From Methanobacteriota archaeon (GTDB lineage: Archaea; Thermoplasmatota; Poseidoniia; Poseidoniales; Thalassarchaeaceae), in NCBI GenBank assembly GCA_028355015.1, contig JAOMRN010000003.1, forward strand, positions 48,142 to 112,141: a DNA stretch of 64,000 nucleotides. Reading direction: 5' to 3'. Positions 1-9,809 of the stretch are shown here, piece by piece. The notes beneath the pieces were generated by a model that saw nothing but the letters and a program-made list of their open reading frames with translations, was not told the origin of the DNA and made no database searches. The position numbers and the translations under genes were made by a program. Position 1 is the stretch's first letter; each line of letters starts with the position of its first letter.

Positions 1-988
1 CCGGATTACCATTATTATTTGTCACATTAATCCAAGCCGAAATATCCATATTAATTGGAGATAATGGATATTCTAAATCAATATTTATTGTCTTTTGCCT
101 ACTGGTTGCCTGATATGATGATAGCGAATGAACTGCTGTGAAACCTAAACTTTCTATTGTTTCCATTTTCACATCTCCTCTAATAGCTGGACAAAACCAC
201 TTGTAACCGGTATCATCACCATCTGCATTAGTGCTAGATATATTGTATGAAGTACTGCAACCTCCATAATTAACGCCTGAAAAACCTTGGCTGACTACTT
301 CATAATTTGCACTTCTTTGAGATACGCTGTCGTCAGGAATATCTACATAGTCACTTTGACCATCATAATTCGTAGTTGCAGTATAATTCTGGCTCCATGA
401 TTCTCCAACTGACAACGGGAAGTCATATCCTTCTAATGGGGGCGAATAAGACTGATCTACCTCTAGGGTGCCAACTGAAACATCAACGCACCACCATAAA
501 AAATCTCTACAGAAATTAATATCAATCACCGCATTTTGAGATACAGTTGCAAGATCAGAGACTCTTACTGTAGAAACAGTACTCATAGTTACTTCTAAAT
601 CTCCTGGTTGGCCGTCAAGATTAATACTATTCGCTTCATAATAGCCATCTGATTCAACCTTGTAAACCAGAGTTGGATTATTATCTACTGTTGTCAAATA
701 AATATCTGTTACCGTACTTTCCAAAGTGCCTGTTAGAGTCTCTAAATCTGTATTTACTCCTGAATCAACTATGAAATCTACCATGTCTAAGTAACCATTG
801 TAGTTCCACCTGTCATTTACTTTCCAATCCGGGATATCAATTAAGTTTGAACTTCTAGATATTGAATCTATGCGTATTTTACTTTCTTCAAGTTCCTCTA
901 TCTGATTATCAGGGGCATATATTCCCGAAAATACCGAAATTAATAATAGAAAGGTCAGAAAATAAACTGTCTCAATCCGAGAGCGCAT
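1..988 (-). CDS. Secreted hypothetical protein. Partial: N-terminus at 988, gene runs off the window start
   Basis: ATG at 988 on the minus strand is followed by a signal-like hydrophobic segment (TVYFLTFLLLISVFSG). The frame stays open to coordinate 1. No recognisable catalytic motif. Confidence 0.45.
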   Translation of the reverse strand, partial: MRSRIETVYFLTFLLLISVFSGIYAPDNQIEELEESKIRIDSISRSSNLIDIPDWKVNDRWNYNGYLDMVDFIVDSGVNTDLETLTGTLESTVTDIYLTTVDNNPTLVYKVESDGYYEANSINLDGQPGDLEVTMSTVSTVRVSDLATVSQNAVIDINFCRDFLWWCVDVSVGTLEVDQSYSPPLEGYDFPLSVGESWSQNYTATTNYDGQSDYVDIPDDSVSQRSANYEVVSQGFSGVNYGGCSTSYNISSTNADGDDTGYKWFCPAIRGDVKMETIESLGFTAVHSLSSYQATSRQKTINIDLEYPLSPINMDISAWINVTNNNGNP

Positions 989-998
989 AGCGCTCTCG
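979..998. repeat. GC-rich perfect inverted repeat gagagcgc-ata-gcgctctc
   Basis: 8-bp arms read directly. It overlaps the start codon of the 1..988 minus gene and lies ~50 nt downstream of the tbp stop. Confidence 0.6.
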
Positions 999-1048
999 CA
1001 TAGTTACTCACACATCAATCTCTCGATTGAAGTTTCTCAAATTAAATT

Positions 1049-1819
1049 TCACAGTAAATCTGCTAACTCATCTTGTATGAACTGGACTGCTTCAAGAATC
1101 TCATCCTTGTGTCTTGCACCAGTAATAACCATCTTTCCACTTCCGAAAATTAGGCATACAACTTTAGGGTAATCTAATCTGTAAATAAGTCCAGGGAATT
1201 GTTCTGGCTCATACTCTACTTTGTCGAAAGGTAAGTGGAAGGTCAGATTATTTAGATTCAACTTTCTTGGAAGTGCAGCTAAAGGTTCTCCTTGTCTAAT
1301 TCCACGGATTCGGTCATCATTTGCTTCAACTTCTTCATCTGTTGCGGCTCTAATTGCTCCTCCTTCTAAATCAATGACACGTGTATTGTTATCATCCATT
1401 CTGGCGGTTCCATTATAGTCTTCTGGATAGAACAGAGAGTATGTAGCTACCATATTTTGAACTTCTATTTCAACATCCTTTAAGTCCCATGTGTCAATTC
1501 CTGCATTCTGTAAATCAGCAGTCATTCTTTCGATACCTGTGTGGATATTTTGTTCATTCTTTCCACCTGTGCAAACTGCTCTTCCTGAACGGAACATAAG
1601 GATTGCAAGTTTTGGGTCAACGACTCTGTAAACAACCCCTGGGAACTGTTCAGGTTCATACTCACAATTCAGCTGAATTGCGATATCCGGAAGATCTAGT
1701 TCTTCCGCGACTCGGGTTGATGCAACTACATTCACTACAGTTAGGCGTTCTTCGTCACTAAGCATATCATTCGCACTTATGTCCCCCTTATAAAGAATAG
1801 TTGTCATTAAATCGAACAA
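1049..1819 (-). CDS. tbp: TATA-box-binding protein (two TBP repeats) with an insertion in repeat 2
   Basis: Repeat 1: NVVASTRV...LNCEYEPEQFPGVVYRV...SGRAVCTGGK. Repeat 2: EVQNMVATYSL...VEYEPEQFPGLIYRL...SGKMVITGAR. These match the TBP core motif (NIVAS...EYEPEQFPG...SGK.V.TGAK). 256 aa against ~180-190 aa typical. Confidence 0.85.
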   Translation of the reverse strand: MFDLMTTILYKGDISANDMLSDEERLTVVNVVASTRVAEELDLPDIAIQLNCEYEPEQFPGVVYRVVDPKLAILMFRSGRAVCTGGKNEQNIHTGIERMTADLQNAGIDTWDLKDVEIEVQNMVATYSLFYPEDYNGTARMDDNNTRVIDLEGGAIRAATDEEVEANDDRIRGIRQGEPLAALPRKLNLNNLTFHLPFDKVEYEPEQFPGLIYRLDYPKVVCLIFGSGKMVITGARHKDEILEAVQFIQDELADLL

Positions 1820-1846
1820 AAGTCCGATTTCAAGCGATTAATTCGG

Positions 1847-2890
1847 TCAATTTCCTCTCAGATGAGCACCCTTGGAACCAAATTTGGAGATTAATGGTTT
1901 ACCTCCGCATATTTCAATTTCTTGAGCTACTCTTTCTGGATTATTTGTCAAGGCAACCATACATCCTCCACCTCCTGCTCCAGTCAGTTTTGAACCGAAT
2001 GAGTGTTGTCTAGTCATAGATACCATATTATCTAATGCCGGAGTACTAACTCCAAGAATCTTTAATTTCTCATGACAACTATTCATTGCTATGCCAACGG
2101 CCTCTAAACTCCCTAATTCTAGAGCTTTAAGACCCGCTTTTGTAATGTTTTCAATTGCTTCCATCTCATCATAAAGTTCTGGGTTTTCTTTCAATCTACT
2201 AGCCACCCCAGATACCATGTCGCCAGTAGGTGATGCTTCTCCAGTAAATCCCAGAACTAGCCAAGAATTAATTATTTTCTCATGTAAATCAATACTGTGT
2301 ATTGACCATTTTCTCTCCCCCTCTGGCGTCATCAGGCTAGTATCAAAAACATGCTCCCAATCCTCATTTTTTTCACCCGAAACTACGACGCAACCTCCCA
2401 ATGAACTAGCCGCTGAATCGGTGGGGCTGGCTCTTCCTGATTGAGCGCTGGCTTCTGCCGAATGACCTATTTTAGCCAATTCTATGCGATCAATTTTTTC
2501 TTCAGGTTTTGTTAATTTATGGAGGGCGGCTCCCATTGCATTTGATAATGCGGCACTAGATCCAAGTCCTGCTGCAGAAAACAAATCAGATTCAATATTT
2601 ATTCTTAGAGGGGGGCCATCATAATCAAAAATATCATTAATAATATGGTGGATATGTGGATTTTTTTCTTCTTGATATTTCATATATTCATTTGCATAGT
2701 ATGAATTTTTAATTCCCCATTCATCAGAAAAATCTAGTTTTACTTCTACTCCTGCATCGATTGCTACTGCTACTGCAGGATGCCCATAGACTACTGCATG
2801 CTCTCCAAATAAGATACACTTCCCGGGTGCGAAGGCAGTTGCCATGACTATCGGTGATGGGTATAGGAAATTAGTATTGGGTACGTTCAA
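1847..2890 (-). CDS. mvk: mevalonate kinase (GHMP kinase family)
   Basis: N-terminal PGKCILFGEHAVVYGHPA, GHMP motif GLGSSAA, C-terminal glycine-rich TGAGGGGC. Confidence 0.85.
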   Translation of the reverse strand: MNVPNTNFLYPSPIVMATAFAPGKCILFGEHAVVYGHPAVAVAIDAGVEVKLDFSDEWGIKNSYYANEYMKYQEEKNPHIHHIINDIFDYDGPPLRINIESDLFSAAGLGSSAALSNAMGAALHKLTKPEEKIDRIELAKIGHSAEASAQSGRASPTDSAASSLGGCVVVSGEKNEDWEHVFDTSLMTPEGERKWSIHSIDLHEKIINSWLVLGFTGEASPTGDMVSGVASRLKENPELYDEMEAIENITKAGLKALELGSLEAVGIAMNSCHEKLKILGVSTPALDNMVSMTRQHSFGSKLTGAGGGGCMVALTNNPERVAQEIEICGGKPLISKFGSKGAHLRGN

Positions 2891-2948
2891 TCAATCGGTT
2901 AATTGAAAGTGCGGTTTCTCTTCCGAGGCACATTCGGGGTAACTCAAG

Positions 2949-4961
2949 ATGGAAATGATGCACCCTTTAGAAATGCAATACGGGCCTGTTGACGGCTGGA
3001 TTATACTTCTTTTGATGGGTGGTTTATCTATCTCATTTTTCATATATCAAGTAGTGAAAGCGACTAGATTAGTAATGTTAGGAGCTCCAGACAATAGATT
3101 TGATTCTTGGGGTATTAGAATTAAAGAAATGCTGGTGGGCTGGCTAGGTCAAAAGAAAGTGCTCAGAGATAAGGTGGCAGGAACGATGCACGTCCTAATG
3201 TTCTGGGGTTTCCTCATGCTTGGAAGCGATATGTTAGATCTTGTAAGTGCAAATTATTTCTCAGATAAAATATTGCCCGAATTCCTTAATAATCCTTGGA
3301 ATGGAATTGTAGAATTAGGGTACATGACCGCTCTCTTGGGTGCCTTAGCTGCCTTGACTAGAAGGGTACTTTTCACCCCTGAAAAACTCAAAGGTAAATC
3401 TCAATTAGAAGGTAATTTTATTCTAGTTTTAATTTTGACAATAACCTCTACTTCTTTCATCATTGAGTCCTCTGAGAATCCTTCTTCAATATGGGAGCCT
3501 CTTGGCCATTGGGTCTCTGGTCTTGGTTTATCTGAAAATTTCATAGTAGCATCTTATTGGGCTCACATGATTTCGATTTGTTGCTTCTTAGTATTAATTC
3601 CTGTATCTAAGCATATGCATCTAGTTATGGCAATACCAAACGTATTCTTTCATGATACGCAAGCACTTGGTAAAATGCGTCCTCTTGCGATAGGAGATGA
3701 TGGCAAAGCGGTTCCTCTAGAAGATCTTGATATCGATTCTTTTGGAGTTAGTACGTTTGATCAATATACTTGGAGGCAGATTATTGATGGATGGTCATGT
3801 ACATCATGTGCGCGATGCCAGGACGTTTGTCCCGCTTATGAATCGGGCAAAGGCTTGAATCCAATGCAAGTAATCCATGATGTCAGGAACTATGCAAATG
3901 AATATGCTCCAATTCTCTTGAAGGGTGAAAATCCGGAGGAAACAATGTTAGCAAGAATCACCAGTGAGGCAGTTTGGGCGTGTACAACTTGTAACGCCTG
4001 TGTAGATATATGCCCTCTGTACATTGAACATGTCCCGAAACTAACAGAATTGAGAAGAAATGCTATGATGGAAACAATGGATTATCCTGAAGAACTAAAT
4101 GTTGCTATGGGTAATCTAGAATCTGCATCTAATCCATATGGTTTTGGCCCACATGAGAGGGCAGACTGGGCTTCTGATTTAGATGTCAAAGTAGGTCAGC
4201 CAGCAGAATATATTTATTTCGTAGGATGCGCAGCTAGTTTTGATGAAAGAAATCAAAAAGTAGCACGTGCAACAATTTCTCTGATGAAAGAGGCAGGATT
4301 AGATGTTGGAATCTTAGGGATGCAAGAAGGTTGTTCAGGTGATCCTGCAAGAAGAGCAGGTAACGAATACTTATTCCAAATGTTGGCTGAAACAAATATT
4401 ACGACATTCCAAGAATTAGGTGTTAAAAGAATCGTTGCCTCTTGTCCTCATTGCTTCCATACTCTAGGGAAAGAGTATGCAGATTATGGTGCTGATGAGT
4501 TAGAAGTATTCCATCATACAGAAATCATGGCAAAACTACAGGAAGAAGGAAAACTTCCTGAATTTGATAAAGATGGCACGAGTATCACTTATCATGACCC
4601 TTGCTATCTTGGTAGGATAGGAGACGTTATTGATGAACCTAGATCTGTATTAGGGGGTATTGATGTTGAAGTAGAGAGACATGGAAAAGATTCTTTTTGT
4701 TGCGGAGCGGGTGGCGCTCAGATGTGGATGGAAGAGGATTCTGATAAACGAGTCAATAAGATTCGCGCAGAAGAGATAGCAGCAACTGGTTGTGAAACAG
4801 TTGCAATAGGCTGCCCCTTTTGTTCAGTTATGGTAAAAGACGGATTAGACTCAGTAGGTTCTGACATGGATGTAAAAGATGTTGCAGAACTACTTTGGGA
4901 GCAGATTGTTGCTAGAGACGAAGAAATTCATGCGACGGCAAGTTTGAGTAATGAATCATGA
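2949..4961 (+). CDS. Membrane-anchored HdrD/GlpC-like Fe-S oxidoreductase. N-terminal multi-TM (cytochrome-b/NarI-like) domain fused to a 2x[4Fe-4S] + CCG domain
   Basis: Two CxxCxxCxxxCP motifs (CTSCARCQDVCP, CTTCNACVDICP) and a CCG signature (FCCGAGG). About 230 aa of His-containing TM helices at the N-terminus. Confidence 0.7.
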   Translation: MEMMHPLEMQYGPVDGWIILLLMGGLSISFFIYQVVKATRLVMLGAPDNRFDSWGIRIKEMLVGWLGQKKVLRDKVAGTMHVLMFWGFLMLGSDMLDLVSANYFSDKILPEFLNNPWNGIVELGYMTALLGALAALTRRVLFTPEKLKGKSQLEGNFILVLILTITSTSFIIESSENPSSIWEPLGHWVSGLGLSENFIVASYWAHMISICCFLVLIPVSKHMHLVMAIPNVFFHDTQALGKMRPLAIGDDGKAVPLEDLDIDSFGVSTFDQYTWRQIIDGWSCTSCARCQDVCPAYESGKGLNPMQVIHDVRNYANEYAPILLKGENPEETMLARITSEAVWACTTCNACVDICPLYIEHVPKLTELRRNAMMETMDYPEELNVAMGNLESASNPYGFGPHERADWASDLDVKVGQPAEYIYFVGCAASFDERNQKVARATISLMKEAGLDVGILGMQEGCSGDPARRAGNEYLFQMLAETNITTFQELGVKRIVASCPHCFHTLGKEYADYGADELEVFHHTEIMAKLQEEGKLPEFDKDGTSITYHDPCYLGRIGDVIDEPRSVLGGIDVEVERHGKDSFCCGAGGAQMWMEEDSDKRVNKIRAEEIAATGCETVAIGCPFCSVMVKDGLDSVGSDMDVKDVAELLWEQIVARDEEIHATASLSNES

Positions 4962-5391
4962 GTATAATCTTAAAGTCTGTCTCATTCGACCAACTATGAG
5001 TGATGAATTCAAATTTATGAGGACTTCTGTTCCAAACTTTGCAATCATATGTGGCGGCCTTCTTGTTATGTCTGGTATCGCCTCATATCTAATCAGCGAT
5101 ACGGGTAGTTTAACAGCGTTAATACCATCTATTTTTGGTGCTCCATTAATAATTTTAGGCCTTCTTTCAAATAAAAATATATCTAATAAGCATCATTATA
5201 TGCATGCTTCAATGGTTTTTGCTCTTATTTCAGTAATGGGTGGCCTAAGGATATTTTCAACATGGTCAGATGCAAGTGATTTAACAATATTTTCCCATCT
5301 ATTTTTGATAATAATTGGAGTTACATTTATGATTTCTGGAATACTTTCTTTCAGACATGCGAGGAAGTTGAGAGAGTCACTGGGTGAATAA
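4951..5391 (+). CDS. small integral membrane protein, hypothetical
   Basis: 3-4 hydrophobic helices, no motif. Start uncertain; overlaps the upstream stop. Confidence 0.35.
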   Translation: MNHEYNLKVCLIRPTMSDEFKFMRTSVPNFAIICGGLLVMSGIASYLISDTGSLTALIPSIFGAPLIILGLLSNKNISNKHHYMHASMVFALISVMGGLRIFSTWSDASDLTIFSHLFLIIIGVTFMISGILSFRHARKLRESLGE

Positions 5392-5393
5392 AA

Positions 5394-6080
5394 ATGAGGC
5401 CACTGATAGGTATTACTACCTCGGTAAATTCTAGAGATTATGAAATACCTAATCAATCAGTTGTAATATTACCAGAAAACTATCCTAAAGCAATCAGGAA
5501 AGCAGGGGGTATCCCTCTTTTAATATCTGAATGTGATGATGTGGACGAGCTCTTAGACTGTTTAGATGGATTAGTTATTTCTGGAGGAAGAGACATCAAT
5601 CCTAATTTGTATAGTCAAACTCCTCATGAAAAAACAACTGATTTTAGTGACATACAAGATTCATGGGAGATTTCTCTAATAGAAGGTGCAATAGAGAGGG
5701 GTCTCCCTCTTCTTTGTATCTGTCGAGGGCATCAATTACTTTGCGTAATCCGAGGTGGTCAATTGTTTCAGGATCTTCCTACTACTGAAGGATATGAAGA
5801 GCATGGTGCGACAGGTGGTAATTGGTCAGAACATATTATCAAACTTGAAAAAGATTCTTTAATATTCGAATTACTAGGTTCTGAAATTAGGGGAAACTCC
5901 GGACATCATCAAGGAGTATCTGATGCGGGAGATTTGAGAGTAGTAGGTAAGACATCAGATGGTTTGATTGAGGCTGTTGAATTAAATGATTATCCCTTCT
6001 TAATTTCAACCCAGTGGCATCCTGAAATGTTGGGGCAAGATTCGGTATTTGAGGGGTTAATTCAAGCCTCTTCAAGATAA
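5394..6080 (+). CDS. class-I glutamine amidotransferase-like / peptidase C26 gamma-glutamyl hydrolase (PuuD-like)
   Basis: GITT...GG(I/V)PLLI...SGGRDINP...LPLLCICRGHQLL...HHQG...QWHPE. This matches the Cys-His-Glu triad context of the C26 family. Confidence 0.7.
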   Translation: MRPLIGITTSVNSRDYEIPNQSVVILPENYPKAIRKAGGIPLLISECDDVDELLDCLDGLVISGGRDINPNLYSQTPHEKTTDFSDIQDSWEISLIEGAIERGLPLLCICRGHQLLCVIRGGQLFQDLPTTEGYEEHGATGGNWSEHIIKLEKDSLIFELLGSEIRGNSGHHQGVSDAGDLRVVGKTSDGLIEAVELNDYPFLISTQWHPEMLGQDSVFEGLIQASSR

Positions 6081-6120
6081 TATACAATTTGATTATTAAT
6101 TATGTCTTGCACGGCTAGTT

Positions 6121-6828
6121 ATGCCGGTAGGCAATAGTCCAGTGATTGGTATTACTTGTCCTTCTCGACCTACTAAATGGGCTAATTGGGATTTAGATGC
6201 AGTAGTGTTACCTACGACTTATCATAAGATGGTGATGCAATGTGGAGGAATACCTCTACTTATTCCTCCTGGCTGTAGTTCCGAAGTTATGAATAGGATT
6301 GATGGGTTAATAATCTCAGGTGGCCCTGACATTAATCCTCAGATATATGGTCAGAATAGTGGCTCATATACTAATGAAATATATCCTGCACAAGATGATT
6401 CAGAGATTGAGTTGATAAAATCTGCAATAGATAAGGACGTACCTCTTTTATGTATATGTAGAGGTTTTCAATTGTTATGTGCGATAAATGGAGGGGAGTT
6501 ACATCAACATTTACCAGAAACAGTAGGGTATGAAAATCACGGTGGTTGGAACGGTAGAGTCACAGAGCATGGAGTAGATATCATAAAGGGTACAAAATTA
6601 GAGAAAATAATGGGTACACATATTACTGCTAATTCTACGCATCATCAAGGAGTTAGTAATGCAGGAAATCTACTAATTTCTGCTTATTCAAGTCATGATA
6701 ACTTGATTGAAGCAGTTGAAATTGAAGAACTTAGATTTTGCATAGGTGTCCAATGGCACCCCGAGAGGATTAAACACACTAATTTGTATCTTGAGTTCAT
6801 TGAAACAGCGCGAGGTTCATCACTGTAA
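6121..6828 (+). CDS. second, tandem peptidase C26 / class-I GATase paralog
   Basis: Same motif set (VPLLCICRGFQLL, HHQG, QWHPE). Recognisably similar to the upstream gene. Confidence 0.7.
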   Translation: MPVGNSPVIGITCPSRPTKWANWDLDAVVLPTTYHKMVMQCGGIPLLIPPGCSSEVMNRIDGLIISGGPDINPQIYGQNSGSYTNEIYPAQDDSEIELIKSAIDKDVPLLCICRGFQLLCAINGGELHQHLPETVGYENHGGWNGRVTEHGVDIIKGTKLEKIMGTHITANSTHHQGVSNAGNLLISAYSSHDNLIEAVEIEELRFCIGVQWHPERIKHTNLYLEFIETARGSSL

Positions 6829-6831
6829 TAC

Positions 6832-8283
6832 GTGCACCGTGATTTGATAGGCATGGCGCAGCGACTCTATGATACCCGTTCTCGCAGTAAGAGAACCTTA
6901 GAGACATTAGTCGATGGTGAAGTCGGAATTTATGTATGTGGTATTACTCCTTATTCTCCCAGCCATATTGGTCATGCACGTCAAGCCATTGCCTTCGATA
7001 TCATAGTAAGGTGGCTAAGAAAGAGTGGTTTGAAAGTAAATCATATCACTAATTTTACTGATATTGATGATAAGATAATAAGTATTGCAAATGAAGAAAA
7101 TATAGATTTTCTCGATGTCGCGAATAGAAATATTGATGACTATTTTGAAGTTATGGATTTACTGAATGTGATCCCTGCTGATGCATATCCTAGAGTTACA
7201 GAAACCATACCCGGCATTATTGACATGATTAAGAATTTAATAGACAAAGGTCATGCTTACTCTTCATCCGATGGAGTTTACTTTGAAATTGATACTGCTC
7301 CTGAGAAGTATGGTCAGTTGACAGGACAAACATTAGAGATGGTTCGTGAGGGAGCGGGTGGTAGAGTTTCTGAAACTGGTTCTGGAAAAAAAAATCATAG
7401 AGATTTTGCTTTATGGAAAATAGCTAAACCTGGCGAACCATATTGGCCAAGCCCATGGGGGAACGGGCGCCCTGGTTGGCATATCGAATGTTCAGTAATG
7501 TCCTTGCAGCATCTTGGTGAAAAATTCGATATTCATGGCGGTGGTTCAGATTTAATTTTCCCTCATCATGAGGCAGAAATATTTCAATCAGAATGCTGCT
7601 TGAACCATGATCCTGTCGTACAATATTGGATGCACAATGGGATGATTAACGTTGATGGAGAAAAAATGAGTAAATCTTTAGGTAACTTTTGGACTATAAG
7701 GGATGCGATTTCTAAGATTGAACCATTGGAATTAAGATATAGTTTAATCAATGCCCCATATAGGCAACCTGTTGAATTTAATGATACGATACTTCAAGAT
7801 TCTTCAAGTCACTATCATAAATTATTGTCTGCATATGGGGAAGGCCTTTCGAAATCAGGTAAAAGTGATTGGAACGATTTAGATTTTTTACAAACGGCTG
7901 AATTAAATTTTTCCAATGGTATGGACGATGATTTCAATACTAGGGTGGCAATAGTTGAAATTCAATCCGTTGTCAAATATCTGAGGGAAAAATTAGATTC
8001 AGGTTCTGATAAAGAAATTTCATCAGCGGTCTCTTGGTTATCTGAGTTTGCAGGAAATGTGTTAGGAATATTGCCAGAAGATGAAGAGATTTTGGCAAAC
8101 ATTGAGAGGATTGAGGGTGAAAGAATGAGGCTCCAAGATCAAGTTATAGATTTACTCAGTCAGCGAAAAATAGCACGTCAGAATAAAGATTGGGGAAGAG
8201 CAGATTTAATTCGAAACCAATTAAATGAGATCGGAGTCATAGTTGAAGACTCTCCAAAAGGCCCTGTTTGGAAATTAAAATAA
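6832..8283 (+). CDS. cysS: cysteinyl-tRNA synthetase
   Basis: HIGH motif (CGITPYSPSHIGHAR), KMSKS (KMSKSLGN) and the class-I CysRS anticodon domain. The true start is possibly the internal ATG at 6853 (MAQRLYDT...). Confidence 0.9.
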   Translation: MHRDLIGMAQRLYDTRSRSKRTLETLVDGEVGIYVCGITPYSPSHIGHARQAIAFDIIVRWLRKSGLKVNHITNFTDIDDKIISIANEENIDFLDVANRNIDDYFEVMDLLNVIPADAYPRVTETIPGIIDMIKNLIDKGHAYSSSDGVYFEIDTAPEKYGQLTGQTLEMVREGAGGRVSETGSGKKNHRDFALWKIAKPGEPYWPSPWGNGRPGWHIECSVMSLQHLGEKFDIHGGGSDLIFPHHEAEIFQSECCLNHDPVVQYWMHNGMINVDGEKMSKSLGNFWTIRDAISKIEPLELRYSLINAPYRQPVEFNDTILQDSSSHYHKLLSAYGEGLSKSGKSDWNDLDFLQTAELNFSNGMDDDFNTRVAIVEIQSVVKYLREKLDSGSDKEISSAVSWLSEFAGNVLGILPEDEEILANIERIEGERMRLQDQVIDLLSQRKIARQNKDWGRADLIRNQLNEIGVIVEDSPKGPVWKLK

Positions 8284-8358
8284 TTTTCTAATTAATCAAT
8301 TAAACAATCGAGATTTGATAGCGAAGCACCGATAAGTCGCGCCATATCGCATAGTATT

Positions 8359-9795
8359 GTGTCTGACCTGTCCGTGGTACAAGCTATGTTTGTGATATTG
8401 ATAGTATCAGCTACTGCCACGGCTGGATGCCTAGAAGCGGTGGAATCAGAAATTAGTGCTGAAATTAATTGGGATGAAGATTTTATTTATGTCGACGACC
8501 CACTAACTCATAGTGACTCTAGAAATTTCATTGTAAGTTCTCCATTCTCTAATGAGACATGGGGGAATTCTTCATGGGCGGTATTTGGAAATGAAGAAGG
8601 AGGGAACTGTTGTGAGCACTATCTCGCAGGAACTAAAGAAGGATGGATAGTTAATTTTGGAGGTGAATATCCAACATGGTCTGAAGATAGAGGACATACA
8701 TGGCAAGAATATCAACCCACACTCTTATCACAAATCGGTTGCTTAGAACCAAAACCAACATTGCCCGGTCAAGAGGGTCTAGGGGAGGGGAGTATAGTCC
8801 AAGCAACAAATGGCGATTTGATATCTATGGGGTGGTTCCCATATCCAAGTGCTAGTGGGGCTGACCAATTCTATGCGTTTCTTTATGATGCTGAGGACCA
8901 AGAATGGAGTTGGTGTTTCAATAGAACACCTGAGCCATTCTATGACCGTTCATGGCAAGTCGAGGTAATTGGACCAATTAATGGTGGTATTTATGGTAAT
9001 GGAGACTATGCGAGTCTAGTAATATCTAATTTTTGGCACCAAGTACAAAATGTAGGCGGGCAAATTTCTACTGATGGCCTAAATTATGATTATTTTCCAT
9101 TCCCTGATAGGGACGCTAATCTAGATAATATTGAAGTCAATCTTATCTCTTCAGAGTTAGGGGTGGAGTGGGATTTCACTAAACCTCATAAAGAGATGCG
9201 ATCATTTCCCGTGCCTTCTGGAGGATTGTATTTTCCTGATTATTTTATAGATGGTACTGATGCATTTTTGGATACTTCTCTCAATTGGTGGTCGGCTACG
9301 AATGAGAATGGTTCTTCACTTCCTTCAGAATACTGTTCTTTTGATTCATCAAGCGCTTTACATTGTGTGATTTCGGAAGGAAATTCATTGACTCATTTAC
9401 TATCATGGGATGGTGGTGAAACATGGGAAAACAATACCTATGATTTATCTGAATCTGCAAGTGCTATAGAGGAATGGGAATATCATTCAAGTGGTATACA
9501 TGACCTTTTCGTTCTAAATGTAAGGTACCAAAGTTCATCCGGTCCAGACATAGATGTTGCTTGGCATGTTAGAGAATTCTCAGAGAGCCTTATTCCTGAT
9601 TCTCAAACATATATTGGTCAAGGGGATTTAGATTCTACTTCAGGAGCAGGTGCTGACATACGATTTGATTTTGCTAGTATGGGTATACTTCCGGATGGCG
9701 GTTCTTTTATTGCGTATCATGATTCATCAGATCCAGACCCTCTATTTGCAGTAGAAATGCTTCTACCTAGTAATTATCAAGATAATATGATGTAA
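8359..9795 (+). CDS. exported lipoprotein-like hypothetical protein
   Basis: Hydrophobic N-terminus ending in a lipobox-like ATATAGC. Start may be the internal Met at 8386. No other motif. Confidence 0.45.
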   Translation: MSDLSVVQAMFVILIVSATATAGCLEAVESEISAEINWDEDFIYVDDPLTHSDSRNFIVSSPFSNETWGNSSWAVFGNEEGGNCCEHYLAGTKEGWIVNFGGEYPTWSEDRGHTWQEYQPTLLSQIGCLEPKPTLPGQEGLGEGSIVQATNGDLISMGWFPYPSASGADQFYAFLYDAEDQEWSWCFNRTPEPFYDRSWQVEVIGPINGGIYGNGDYASLVISNFWHQVQNVGGQISTDGLNYDYFPFPDRDANLDNIEVNLISSELGVEWDFTKPHKEMRSFPVPSGGLYFPDYFIDGTDAFLDTSLNWWSATNENGSSLPSEYCSFDSSSALHCVISEGNSLTHLLSWDGGETWENNTYDLSESASAIEEWEYHSSGIHDLFVLNVRYQSSSGPDIDVAWHVREFSESLIPDSQTYIGQGDLDSTSGAGADIRFDFASMGILPDGGSFIAYHDSSDPDPLFAVEMLLPSNYQDNMM

Positions 9796-9809
9796 TAAGA
9801 GTTGAAAAA

